DNA from: Octopus sinensis
Taxonomy: Eukaryota
Direction: 5' to 3'
Assembly: GCF_006345805.1 (NCBI RefSeq)
Contig: NC_043012.1
Location: forward strand, 16,740,001 to 16,804,000
Length of the DNA stretch: 64,000 nucleotides
Below, piece after piece: positions 11,293-23,419 of this stretch. The notes below the pieces were generated by a model that saw only the letters and a program-made list of their open reading frames with translations, was not told where the DNA came from and made no database searches. Made by a program: the position numbers and the translations under genes. The stretch's first letter is position 1; each line of letters opens with the position of its first letter.

Positions 11293-11519
11293 GTGTGTGT
11301 TTGTGTGTCTGTGTTTGTCCCCCTAGCATTGCTTGACAACCGATGCTGGTGTGTTTACGTCCCCGTCACCTAGTGGTTCGGCAAAAGAGACCGATAGAAT
11401 AAGTACTGGGCTTACAAAAAGAATAAGTCCCGGTGTCGAGTTGCTCGATTAAAGGCGGTGCTCCAGCATGGCCACAGTCAAATGACTGAAACAAGTAAAA
11501 GAGTAAAAGAGTAAAAGAG

Positions 11520-11521
<2 letters not shown>
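11079..11521 (+). mobile_element. SINE family A, full length, followed by an inverted degenerate copy at 11562-11872
   Basis: Same motifs as 9430-9847; the second copy is on the minus strand across a (TA)n tract. Confidence 0.88.
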
Positions 11522-11563
<42 letters not shown>

Positions 11564-12558
11564 TTTACTTGTTTCAGTCATTTGCTGAAAGGACTGCCTT
11601 TAGTTAAGCAAATCGACCCCAGGACTTATTCTCTCTAAGCTTGGATGTCAAGCAGTGATGGGAGGACAAACACAATGACACCGCACACACATAGATATAT
11701 ACATATAAATATATATACAACTGGCTTCTTTCAGTTTCCACTTATCAAATCTATTCACAAGGCTTTGGTCGTCCCTAGGCTATAGTAAAAAGCACTTGCC
11801 CAAGGTGCCATGCAGTGGGACTGATCCAAGAACCGTCTGGGTGAGCAGCAAGCTTCTTACCACACAGTCACGCCTGTGCTATATGTGTGTGTGTGTGTCT
11901 GTAAGTATGTACATATATACATGTGTACATACACAGACACACAAACAAACATACATAAATAAACAGGCACATACATATGTGGAATTATAGATTTTTCATT
12001 TAAATGCCAGAATAGAAAGAAGCCAACGCAAGCGAGACATGCCAACCATTTCAGTTGATCTTTATCAACAAAATAAAGAAATAAAATATCGGGAATGTCA
12101 ATGTACCATAAAGATAAGAAGTACATGGGGCTTCAATCAGAGTTTTTAATTTTTTCTCTCTATTAATGTCGCAAAAAAACCTTTCAGTCCTTTCTTGGTT
12201 CATTAACCTGTTCATTACCGTATTTCTGGCCAAACGTTGTTTATTTGTTTTAATTAATATTGGAAATAATCAAGAAATTGGAGGAAATTTAGTAAAATGA
12301 AAATCTTTCTGCATTTGTACATGGATGTCATCCTTTCTGACTGAATAATTTCCATGCCTGCATGGGTCAGAACAGAATTTGCTGTGACAGATATTCTATG
12401 ACCAGATGTCAGTGGGAACAAACAAACTTGTTTGGATGATGATGATGATGATGATGCACATTTATAACTATCATGTAATGTCCAGATAAGAGTACACACA
12501 AGCATGTACACATAAATATATATATAATATATATATATTATATATATATATTATATAT

Positions 12559-12630
<72 letters not shown>

Positions 12631-12631
12631 G

Positions 12632-12662
<31 letters not shown>

Positions 12663-12710
12663 TTATATATATATGTGTGTGTATGTGTGTGTGTATATAT
12701 ATATATTTCA

Positions 12711-12989
12711 CTGTAATATAATATGTGGCAATTATTCGGTTGCCATAATAAAACTCCAAGTTTCGGATGTTGAGGTGGAAATCTTCTCCGGTATCTCGTC
12801 AGTTATTAAGACAATCAAAAAATGCTATGAAATTACTAGTAATTTCCCTTTGTTTAACGGCCATTTCCATAGTATTTTTTTGATTGTCTTAATAACTGAC
12901 GAGATGCCAGAGCAGATTTCTGCCCCCACATCCGAAACTCAGCGTTTTCTTATAGCAACCGAATAATTGTCACATATTATATTACAGAT
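12711..12989. mobile_element. Foldback/MITE-like palindrome (~280 bp)
   Basis: Arms of over 100 bp are reverse complements, with a ~50-bp loop; paralogous to 10790-10999. Confidence 0.8.
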
Positions 12990-13138
12990 AAATTCCTGTA
13001 TTTACATGATATCGAGGTCTTATTCTTTCTTTCTTTTGTTGTCATACCATTACTATAAATATATATATATATATATAAAATGAGATAGGGGTTGTAAATT
13101 CAACCCTCCATGGGATGTGTGTGTGTGTGTGTGTGAGA

Positions 13139-13430
13139 AGGCACATGGTTCAGTGGTTAGAGCATCATGCTCGTAATCATGAGGTAGTGAGTTCAACTGG
13201 GCTGTGCATTATGTTCTTGAGCAAAACCCTTTATTTCATGTTGTAACATCACTGATGCCAAACTGTATCATCCTTTGCCTTTCCCTTGGATAACATCAGT
13301 GGCGTGGAGTGGGGAAGCTTGCATACATGGGTAACTGTTGGTCTTCCACAAAACAGCCTTGCCTGGACTTGTGCCTCAGAGGGGAACTTTCTAGCTGCAA
13401 TTGCATGGTCATTCATGACCAAAGGGGTCC
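13139..13430 (+). mobile_element. SINE family D
   Basis: tRNA-like head GGCACATGGTTCAGTGGTTAGAGC and a tail matching the reverse complement of 6988-7160. Confidence 0.75.
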
Positions 13431-13567
13431 TTTATATATATATATATATAGTCCAACCCATGCTAGCATGGAAAGCAGACGTTAAACGATGATGATGATG
13501 ATGATGATGATGATATATACATATAAATATTTGTTGTGCAAGATTTTTTATGTGAAGTCATGTGTTG

Positions 13568-13731
13568 AAACAGATGCGGTCACAGGAGTGTGATGAAAGA
13601 ACTCTGGCCGAAATAAGATTAAGATTAATGTAAAAAATAAATAACACTGAAGCAAAGTAACACCAAATATATAGTGCGTGTGTTTTTATTGGCTAAACTG
13701 GCAAAATGACCATTCCTAAATACAACAATAT
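13568..13731 (+). mobile_element. Solo Penelope pseudo-LTR fragment with degenerate HHR (family 2)
   Basis: Nearly identical to 33425-33600; core mutated to CAGAUGCG..GUGUGAUGAAA. Confidence 0.8.
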
Positions 13732-13737
13732 ATATAC

Positions 13738-13769
<32 letters not shown>

Positions 13770-14289
13770 ATATATATATATATACATATATATATATAAA
13801 TTTAAATTTAAATGGTAACAATGAAGCCTGATATGTGACTAATCATTATATTTTGCACCTTTTCATTTGTCTTGCCTGCTTTACGTTCTGGCATTGCCGA
13901 ATTTTCTTGAGAACAATTTTTCTTAATGGTCAGACACCATATGGGGGTCTACATTTAGCATATCAGGAGTTCACCTACTGGTCATTCCTCTTATATGTAT
14001 ATGTGTGTGTGTGTGTGTGTGTATCTTGTCAGTGGATCATAAATCTGCAAAAGATGCGCATTCTAAAGGACAGAGCAGGAATGTATTTACATGCAGTCAT
14101 ATATTTGGAACATAACTCAATCAAAGGTTCTGACATAAAAGACTACAAGATGGCCATGGAAGACTATAATTTAGATAACGATTTGTTAAAACAGATTTGT
14201 AGAGTATTTTGCAATCTTGTTAGAATATAGTTCAATGTCAACCATGCTGTTCCACTGGAACCTCTCTCTTTCTTTCTGGCACTGCATTG

Positions 14290-14600
14290 GTTACCATGAC
14301 GAAAGGGTTCCAGCTGATCTGATCAGCAGAACAGCCTGCTCGTGAAATTAATATGCAAGTGGCTGAATACTCCACAGACATCTGTACCTTAACGTAATTC
14401 TCAGGGAGATTCAACATGACACAGAGTGTAATAAGGCCAACCCCTTTGAGATTACAGGTACAACCAATTTTTGTCAGCTGAGTGAACTGGAGCAATGTGA
14501 AATAAAGGGTCTTGCTCAAGGACACAACATGCTGTATCAAGTATCAAACTCATGATCTTATGATCAAGGGACAAATACCCTAATCCCTAAAGCACATGCT
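14290..14600 (-). mobile_element. tRNA-headed SINE with Deu/Nin-like core, alternative tail (family C)
   Basis: Contains CAGCTGAGTGAACTGGAGCAA and a tail shared with 24772-25066 and 5790-6090. Confidence 0.7.
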
Positions 14601-15300
14601 TCTACCCATTATCATCATCACATTTGTATAACGTCTGTTTTCCATGCTGGCATGAGTCGGATGGTTTGACTGAGGACTGGCAAGCCAGGAAGCTGCTCCA
14701 GGCTCCAATCTATTCTGGCAAGGTTTCTACAGCTGGATGCCTTTCTTAATGCCAGCCACTCCAAGAGTGTAGTGGGTGCTTTTTACATGCCACTGGCACA
14801 GGAGTCAGTCAGGTGGAATTGGTATCAGCAACATTCAAATATTGCCTTTTACGTGTCACTGGCACAGGAGCCAGTCAGATAGAATTGGTATCAACAACAC
14901 TCAAATGGTGCTTTTTACATGCCACTGGCATGGGTGCCAGTCAGGTGGAATTGGTATCAACAACACTCGAATGGTGTCTTTTACGTGCCACCAGCACAAG
15001 AGCTAGTCAGGCAAAACCGGCATTGATCACACTGGAATCGTGCTTTTTACATGCCACTAGCATGGGAGCCAGTCAGGCGGCACTGGCATTGACCATGCTT
15101 GAATGGTGCTCTTTACATGCCACTGGCATGGGTGCCAGTCAAGTAGCATTGGCATCGAACACATTCAAATGTTGCTCTTTATGTGCCACCGGCACATGAG
15201 CCAGTCAGGCAGCACTATCATTGGCTACGCTTGAATGGTATATTTTACATGCCACCGGCATGGGTGCCAATCAGGTAGCACTGGCATCGTGTCAGGCGGC
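14572..15300 (-). mobile_element. SINE family F, old copy with about ten diverged ~62-bp internal repeats
   Basis: Tail motif AACGTCTGTTTTCCATGCTGGCATG at the left end; repeated GTGCTTTTTACATGCCACTGGCA units. Confidence 0.75.
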
Positions 15301-15644
15301 ACAGATAATCTCACCTCATGGAATATTGCTTATTACAGATGGAATCAACTTTTAGAGCCCCCCTACTCAGAAAGTGATCAATTATTTTATCTCTTCAAAT
15401 CCTAGAGATTATATTCATTTGGTTTATTGAATTGCTTTATTGATTAGGAAATAATCTGCATGGTTAAAAGTAGATTCATTAATGAGCTGAGATTGCACAA
15501 TGACAATTGATTCCACACTTTAATTAAAACAAATGTCTGCTACATCATGATGCATAATTGATAATGCTTTCTGTTAATTATAGCATCTCTATAATTGTAT
15601 TGAAAAACTTAGATGATTTAATAATAATGAAAACAATGTATAGG

Positions 15645-16075
15645 TGATGGGCGTGGCTGTGTGGTAAACTGCTTGCTTCCCAACCACATGGTTCTGAGTT
15701 CAGTACCACTGCTTGGCACCTTGAGCAAGTGTCTTCTTGGGTGACCAAAGCATTGTGAGTAGATTTGGTAGACAGAAACTGAAAGAAGCATGACTTATAT
15801 GTGTGTGTGCACACACGAGTGCATGTGTGTTTGTGTGTCTTTTTGTCTGTTTGTGTGTCTTTTTGTCTGTTTGTCCCCATCACTACTGGATAACCGGTGT
15901 TAGTGTGTTTACATCCTTGTAACTTAGTGGTTCAGCAAAAGTGACTGATAGAATAAGTACCAGGGTTAAAATAAATATATGTTCCTGGGTCGATCCATTT
16001 GACTAAAAGTTCTTCAAGGCAGTGCTCCAGCATGGCCACAGTCTAATAACTGAAACAAATAAAAAAATAAGAAAA
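15645..16075 (+). mobile_element. SINE family A, older copy
   Basis: Degenerate head, CORE-like block and tail. Confidence 0.8.
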
Positions 16076-16127
16076 AATAAGAGATATACACACACACATG
16101 TATTCTTATATATATATATATATATAT

Positions 16128-16355
16128 TTCTTTACTACCCACAAGGGGCTAAACACAGAGGGGACAAACAAGGACAGACAAACGAATTAAGTCGATTATA
16201 TCGATCCAGTGCGTAACTGGTACTTAATTTATCGATCCCGAAAGGATGAAAGGCAAAGTTGATCTCGGCGAAATTTGAACTCAGAACGTAACAGCAGACG
16301 AAATATGGCTATGCATTTCGCCTGGCATGCTAACGTTTCTGCCAGCTCGCCGCCT
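16128..16355 (-). mobile_element. tRNA-headed SINE with Meta/MESC-like core (family B)
   Basis: Minus: GGCGGCGAGCTGGCAGAAACGTTAGC..TTTGCCTTTCATCCTTTCGGGATCGATAAATTAAGTACC; copies at 36715-36945 and 45758-45982. Confidence 0.8.
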
Positions 16356-17142
16356 TATTATATATATATAGGGCTAAGAGCATCATCCAAGCGTGATTGT
16401 TGCCAGAGCAGCAAACTGGTTTCCGTGCTGGTGGCACTTTGCTGTCACTTTACTGATTGCATAAAGGAAGAGTGCTTCCATAATGGTGAGAAGAGATTTA
16501 TGGTATGAGGATGGTAACGGAGAGAATAACAGAAGGAACAGCGTTGGGGTGAGAATCGAAAAGACAAAGAAGTGGGTAGGGAAAGGGAAGAGTAATGCCA
16601 GGGGTTTCACCCTATTCCATCCAAAGGTTTCTATCACCTCATATTGTACATTATTATTTGTAGCTTTATCTACTTCACATTCCATTGTTAAAATGATTTA
16701 TTTCGTATCCCCTGAAGTTCCTAAATTATTATGATGTAAGCATATTTCTCTTCTACTATTTTCTTCTCTTCTATTTATTCTATACCTTTTCAAGATTTCT
16801 CCCAAGTGTTACCCATTGCAATTCATCTGGGCCTAATGGCCCTTAATGATTGTCATCGTTGATTGTTTACTCTGTACATCCACTCTGCTGTTGTTTGTTC
16901 ATTTGAAGCCCTAACTCTCCACAAATTTTATATTTTTTAAAATTTCTGGATGCTGCTGCCTTATGAAGTTTTCCTATCTTGTCATTAAAAGCATGAAATA
17001 GGGAGTAGTAAAACAGTCAACAACTGATGAGCGAGTTATCTTCTTTTAGTATTTTGTTCTGTACTTTTCTCTCATGTGTTTGTATATTTTTCACTCGTTG
17101 GTGATGGCTTGTACTAAATGCGTATTCTTTATTTATATATAT

Positions 17143-17306
17143 AAGTGCAGGAGTGGTTGTGTGATAAGTAGCTTGCTTACCAACCACATGGTTCCGGGTT
17201 CAGTCCCACTGTGTGACACCTTGGGCAAATGTCTTCTACTATAGCCTCAGGCCAACCAAAGCCTTGCGAGTGGATTTGGTAGACAGAAACTGAAAGAAGC
17301 CCATCG

Positions 17307-17341
<35 letters not shown>

Positions 17342-17610
17342 GTGTGTGCGCGCGCACGTGTGTGTGAGTGTGTGTATTGTTGTATGTGTGTGTTTGTTCC
17401 CCTACCCTCGCTTGACAAATGATGCTGGTGTGTTTACGTCCCTGTAACAGTGGTTCGACAAAAGGGGACTGATAGAATAAGTACTAGGCTTACAAAGAAT
17501 AAGTTCTGGGGCGATTTGTCCGAATAAAAGCAGTGCTCCAGCATGGCCACAGTCAAAATGACTGAAACAAATAAAAGAATAAAAGAAAAGACTAAAAGAT
17601 TCTATATATA

Positions 17611-17656
<46 letters not shown>

Positions 17657-17919
17657 GTGTGTGCGCGCGCACGTGTGTGTGAGTGTGTGTGTATTGTTGT
17701 ATGTGTGTGTTTGTTCCCCTACCCTCGCTTGACAAATGATGCTGGTGTGTTTACGTCCCTGTAACAGTGGTTCGACAAAAGGGGACTGATAGAATAAGTA
17801 CTAGGCTTACAAAGAATAAGTTCTGGGGCGATTTGTCCGAATAAAAGCAGTGCTCCAGCATGGCCACAGTCAAAATGACTGAAACAAATAAAAGAATAAA
17901 AGAAAAGACTAAAAGATTC

Positions 17920-17925
<6 letters not shown>
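17143..17925 (+). mobile_element. SINE family A with its 3' half tandemly duplicated
   Basis: ~17310-17605 is repeated essentially identically at ~17625-17925. Confidence 0.85.
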
Positions 17926-17961
<36 letters not shown>

Positions 17962-18546
17962 TACATATGTATATATAAATGAAGGATAAACAAGGATTAA
18001 ATAAATCCAGGCAAATACCTCTTTAAGCATTCTGTGGAAAGAGAACCCAGCTAATGAAATTGTCCAGATGATATTATGGTAATCTGTAATAGGTTGTCAT
18101 ACATTTCGTGTAACAGATACAAATTGTGAATCTGAAGACAATCACCCAATTATTTTTGGTGTATGAATCACAGATTATATTAAAAACATAAAGATTGAAG
18201 AAGCGTTATCAATAATTTATTTAGCTTACACAGGTTTCACATAGTTCAGCAAAATGCAACTACTACACAATGTGACTTGCATATTTAATCAAGCCTTCAT
18301 TTGATTGATTAATTAGTCAAAACTACAGAGCCGCTGATTTTATTCCTCCTAAAGCTAACATAATTTTATGCAAAACCATGTTAAGTTTAAGAAGACGAGT
18401 TTGGAAGTCAGCAGCTATGTAGTTATGGCTAATTAATTGATCAAATGATGGATTGATTAAATATGCAAAGCATATTTGTAATGAACTATTTGAAACATAT
18501 GAAAGCTACACAAATTGTTGATAAGGCATCTTCATTCATTATGTGT

Positions 18547-18592
<46 letters not shown>

Positions 18593-18900
18593 TGTGTGTG
18601 TGTGAGTGTGTGTGTGTGTGTGTGTATGTATATGTATATACAAGCATAGGAGTGGCTGTGTGGTAAGTAGCTTGCTTATGAACCACATGGTTCTGGGTTC
18701 AGTTCATGGCACCTTGGGCAAGTGTCTTCTACTATAGCCCCAGGTCGACCAAATCTATATATAGATATAGATATAGAGAATAAGTGCTGGAGTTGATTTA
18801 CTTGACTAAAGACAGTGCTTCAGCATGGCCACAGTCAAATGACTGAAACACGTAAAAGTGTAAAAGAGTGTATGTATATATATATATATATAGAAGAAAA

Positions 18901-19283
18901 ATGTATATAATTATGAACAAGTCATAATTATAACTAAGAGCATTAAAAAACCCTTACATGTTAGAAATAGCAGCCAAAATTGCTATAAAGTCATTAGTAA
19001 CTCATATCCTTTCTCCTCACAATGAGAACTGTCCTTAGGCAACATAACAAATAGAATCCACAACTTGAAAATGGTTAATTCCCTATTGCAATTTTGGCAT
19101 TAGGGACCACTCAAGGGACCCATTCACATCATTGGGGGAAATATTCCTATAGGACAGTTCTTATCGTAAGGAGAAATGATATGAGTTTTATAATGGCTTT
19201 ATAGCAGTTTTGGCTGCTATTTTTAACATGTAACGGTTTTTAACCCTCTTAGTTATAATTGTGACTTGTTCATAATTATACAT
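18901..19283. mobile_element. Foldback MITE with ~150-bp inverted arms
   Basis: TATAATTATGAACAAGTCATAATTATAACTAAGAG..GAACTGTCCT is inverted against GGACAGTTC..CTCTTAGTTATAATTGTGACTTGTTCATAATTATA. Confidence 0.8.
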
Positions 19284-19344
19284 GTTTTTCTTCTATTTTA
19301 TGATGGCATGTTTGGCCATTGATATATTCAAATTTTAATCTTCA

Positions 19345-19710
19345 TCATCATCATCATCATCATCATTTAGCGTCCGCTTTCCATGCTAGCATGGGTTGGA
19401 CGGTTCAACTGGGGTCTGTGAAGCCAGAAGGCTGCATCAGGCCCAGTCTGATCTGGCAGTGTTTCTACGGCTGGATGCCCTTCCTAACGCCAACCACTAT
19501 GTGAGTGTAGTGGGTGCTTTTTACGTGCCACCCGCACAGGTGCCAGACGGAGCTGGCAAACGGCCACGGACAGATGGGGCTTTTTACGTGCCACTGGCAC
19601 GGGGGCCAGGCGAGACTGGCAACAGCCACAAACGGATGGTGCTACGTGCCACCGGCACGGGGGCCAGGCGAGGCTGGCAACGGACACGAACGGATGGTGC
19701 TTTTACGTAT
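19345..19710 (-). mobile_element. SINE family F
   Basis: (CAT)n tail, GCGTCCGCTTTCCATGCTAGCATGGG, GGCTGGATGCCCTTCCTAACGCC and internal repeats. Confidence 0.85.
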
Positions 19711-19923
19711 TTATTTATATCCTTGTAATGTTTTTACCTTACTCTCTTATATATATATGTGAGTATGTGTGTGTGTGTGTGTAGTGCAATTTCAGTGTGC
19801 TGAAGGGCAGACACACAGACAAATAGTCAAAGAAGAAGCAGTATAAAAGTATAATGACAATTTCTAACTCCTTTGTATCTAAATTCCTTTTTCCTCGTTC
19901 TTTTTCTTTTGTTCCTGGTTCAG

Positions 19924-20000
19924 GTTACATGAAGTCAGTCAGTTGGTACGATTACCTTCCACCAGAGATGGCGATGAATTACCGAAATAAATTCAATTAA
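19924..20000 (+). CDS. Candidate terminal coding exon of an unidentified host gene
   Basis: Long polypyrimidine tract + CAG acceptor ending at 19923; reads (G)YMKSVSWYDYLPPEMAMNYRNKFN*, or LHEVSQLVRLPSTRDGDELPK* in another phase; AATAAA motifs follow. Confidence 0.35.
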
Positions 20001-20279
20001 AGAAGGAAATAAAAATCAGTGAAGTCAACTGATGTGATTTTCTGGGTTTTTTTTAATTAAACGGTAAAATATTTAGCCCTAAAACAATAAAACATATTTC
20101 TACCCTTTTTTCAATAAAATAAATTAAAATAATTCAAATATTTCTTTCTTTCATTAAAAAAATATTTAATAATAATGTTTATAACAATAATATCAATGCT
20201 TCTTTGAAATATCACTGAATACTTTTGTTACTTTACATTCCTTTTTTTTCTTTTTGAAATTAATTAATTAATTTACTTA

Positions 20280-20475
20280 GGCATAGGAGTGGCTGTGTGG
20301 TAAGTAGCTTGCTTACGAACCACATGGTTCTGGGTTCAGTCCCACTGCGTGGCACCTTGGGCAAGTGTCTTCTACTATAGCCTTGGGCTGACCAAAGCCT
20401 TGTGGGTGGATTTGCTAGATGGAAACTGAAAGAAGCCCGTCATATATATGTATATATATATATAAATATATATAC

Positions 20476-20523
<48 letters not shown>

Positions 20524-20690
20524 TTGTGTGTCTGTTTACGTCCCCGTAACTTAGTGGTTTGGCAAAAGAGACCAATAGAATAAGTACTAGGCTTACAAAG
20601 AATAAGTCCTGGGGTCAATTTCTTCAAATAAAGACAGTACTCCAGCATGGCCATAGTCACATGACTGAAACAAGTAAAAGAGTAAAGAGA
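20280..20690 (+). mobile_element. SINE family A
   Basis: Head, internal microsatellite and tail are all present. Confidence 0.88.
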
Positions 20691-21674
20691 GAGAGTCATT
20701 TATATTTTGCCCATTTTGCTCTTATTTCTAATGCTGTTATTTTTCCTGCCTAAGGCTGCAGGCTGGCATTGGACCCAATGCTTAGTGGCATCTCTTCCAA
20801 CTCTCTAGGTTCTGAGCTCAAATTCCACCAGGGTCAACTTTGCTTTTCCTCCACATGAAGTTGATAAAATAAAGTACCAGTCATGCACTGGAGTCAATTT
20901 AATTGACACCCAATAAAATTGAAACCGTTATTCTTTTCCTGCTTAATTCTAAAATGAAGGCATGTGATCTGGCGCTTTTGTCATTGGACAGATGACCATG
21001 AGATTGTGTGTTTAATTCTTAGACCAAGTCACACACTGTGTCCTTGAGCAAGGCACTTCATTTTACATTACTCCAGTGCACTTAGCAGAAGGGTTAGATA
21101 TGCAATGGCCTGGCATCTCATTCAGTGGAAGATGTCTTATACTTATAGACACATGCTTTGGAAACTGGAATAAGCTCTAGCCAGATGCTTCTGTAAGTGC
21201 AAGACAAACTTCCTTAAAATTCAAAAAAATCCTCTTTAACCCTTTTGTGGCCTTATTTCCAATAAAAATTTGCTATTTATGTTTTGATATAATTATGGCT
21301 TTTAAAAATACAAATTAAAATTTCAAAATTTAAACAGGGCTATTCTTATCTTAATTATATAAATTTCATTACCTTTTAAAATTCCATTAATTGTTAAATT
21401 TCCATGTTTATGTTGTAACCAATTTGTTACTGATTATGTTAACAATTGGTTTACTGTTTTTGAACCAATGGGTTAAGTCCAAGAATAAACACATAATTCA
21501 AAATACAAAATGTTCTGAGAATAACTGTCTGGACCTTCAATTCTTTTATTAAAGTCATTACCAATAAAATAATCAAGGGACAAGTTGGATTTTGATTTCC
21601 TTATTTTTAATTACTTTCTATATTTTTAATTAATTCTGCAAATACTAAAAGAACTGGAAGGGTGCAGACGCAGA

Positions 21675-22430
21675 CATGGCTGTGTGGTTAAGAAGTTTGC
21701 TTTCCAACTTCATTGTTTCAAGTTCAACCTCATTGTACAGCACCTTGAGTGAGTGTCTTCTACTATAGCCCTGGGCCAACCAAAGCCTTGTGAGTGGATT
21801 TGGTAGATAGAAATTGAAAAAATCCAGTCATATATACATACATACATATATATATATATATTATATATATATAATATATATAAATTAGAGAAAAAACACT
21901 ATTATGTAATTCAAACAATGATAGACATAAACCAAATCATAAAGAAAAAATAAAATATATTATAAAACATATAACTAAATCACAAAAAGTACAAAAAAAT
22001 GAATAAACAATATATAATAAGTAAAAAGACTACGTACGTTTCATGGCTATAACTTCAATTTGAATTACAATTAAATTTAAATTTAATCGCAAAACAATTC
22101 AATTTAAAAGTTGAGTCACTCCTCAGGTGAACAATAATAACAATAATAGTTAAATGAATAATCAAATAGAATTAAACAATATTTCTATAAGAAATAAAAT
22201 TATAGTTCATAAGTATATGCTTGTGTCTGTGTTTGTCCCCCCACCATTATTTGACAACTAATGTTGGTATGCTTACGTCCCCGTAACTTAGTGGTTTGGT
22301 AAAAGAGTCCAATAAAATAAGTACTAGGGCTTACAAAGAATAAGTCCTGGGGTCAGTTTGTTCAACTAAAGGGGGTGCTCCAGCATGGCCGCTGTCAGAT
22401 GACTGAAATAAGTAAAAGAATAAAAGAATT
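21675..22430 (+). mobile_element. SINE family A split by a ~350-bp insertion into its internal (TA)n
   Basis: Head half at 21675-21835, tail half at 22215-22430; an unrelated AT-rich HHR-bearing insert lies between them. Confidence 0.8.
22028..22130 (-). ncRNA. Degenerate hammerhead ribozyme with a long AT-rich stem II
   Basis: Minus: CAC-CUGAGGA-GUGACU..(~70-nt hairpin)..AGCCAU-GAAA-CGUACG-UA-GUC; stem I has only ~2 bp intact. Confidence 0.55.
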
Positions 22431-22579
22431 ATGCATTTACTTCGAAGCAATTGTCACCACTCTTATTGTAAAGTATCACACATACACATACAGGCACACA
22501 CACACACATACACATGTATGTATGCATTGTTAATACCTTGTTAGTATTGACATTGAGCCATGCCTCCATCTAATCATGA

Positions 22580-23060
22580 AATTATATAATTATCAACACA
22601 AAGTGTCCCAGACAATCAAGTTTGCCGAGTATTTTCTGCAGGGAGGCCTTATTCACATTATCAAAGGCTTTTGTTAAATCAATGAAAACCTGGACAAGAT
22701 CCATATTCTGCTCACAGCACTTCTCCTGCAGCTGTCTTGCTGTGAAAATCATGTTCATTGTTTCTCTAACAGTACAGAAGCCACTTTGAGATTCAGACAG
22801 GATGTCATTTACAAAGTATTTATTCAGGCAGATATGAAGAATACTTGCCAGCAGCTGACAGCAGAGAAATGCTTTTATGGTTGCCAAACTTTATTCTAAC
22901 TCTATTCTCTTTATAGAGGAAGAATAATTGCATCTTTCCAGTCCTTGGGGACAGCACTATCCCTCCAGACTACACTAAGCTCATGAAAGTTCTATGTGAC
23001 ATGACTATTGTCAAAGCGCAATACCTCAGCTTAAAATCTGTCCTTACTAGGAACTTTATC
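22580..23060 (-). mobile_element. RTE LINE reverse-transcriptase fragment
   Basis: VPKDWKDAIILPLYK..ESQSGF..MIFTARQLQEKCCEQN..VFIDLTKAFD (RT domains 0-2). Confidence 0.9.
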
Positions 23061-23419
23061 AAGATTCAACTTGCTTATTGCTGTAAAGATTATTTGCCAA
23101 CATAACATGGTAGCCCTGGTTTAGGATGAATGTTGCTGTAATTTAGTCCCAGGAGACATCGTCTCCAGCTAGCTATACGATACAATCTGTGTCCTTATAT
23201 TTTCGAACAAGGGAATCTAGCACCTTTACTCAGCCCAAAACAATATCTGTGTATTGCAATTTCCGGGTTATTTCCCTTCATCAGCAGAGAATAATTGTTC
23301 AGCTAGAGGTGGCACTGCCAAATTCCGGTTCGAAATATATAGTTTTCAAAGTGACAACTAGTCACTGTTTTATAAATTAGAAAATTTGGCACCGCCACCT
23401 GTAGCCGAACAATTATTCT

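Noticed and set aside
17024-17060. CUGAUGAG motif
   Set aside because: No stem II or GAAA downstream.
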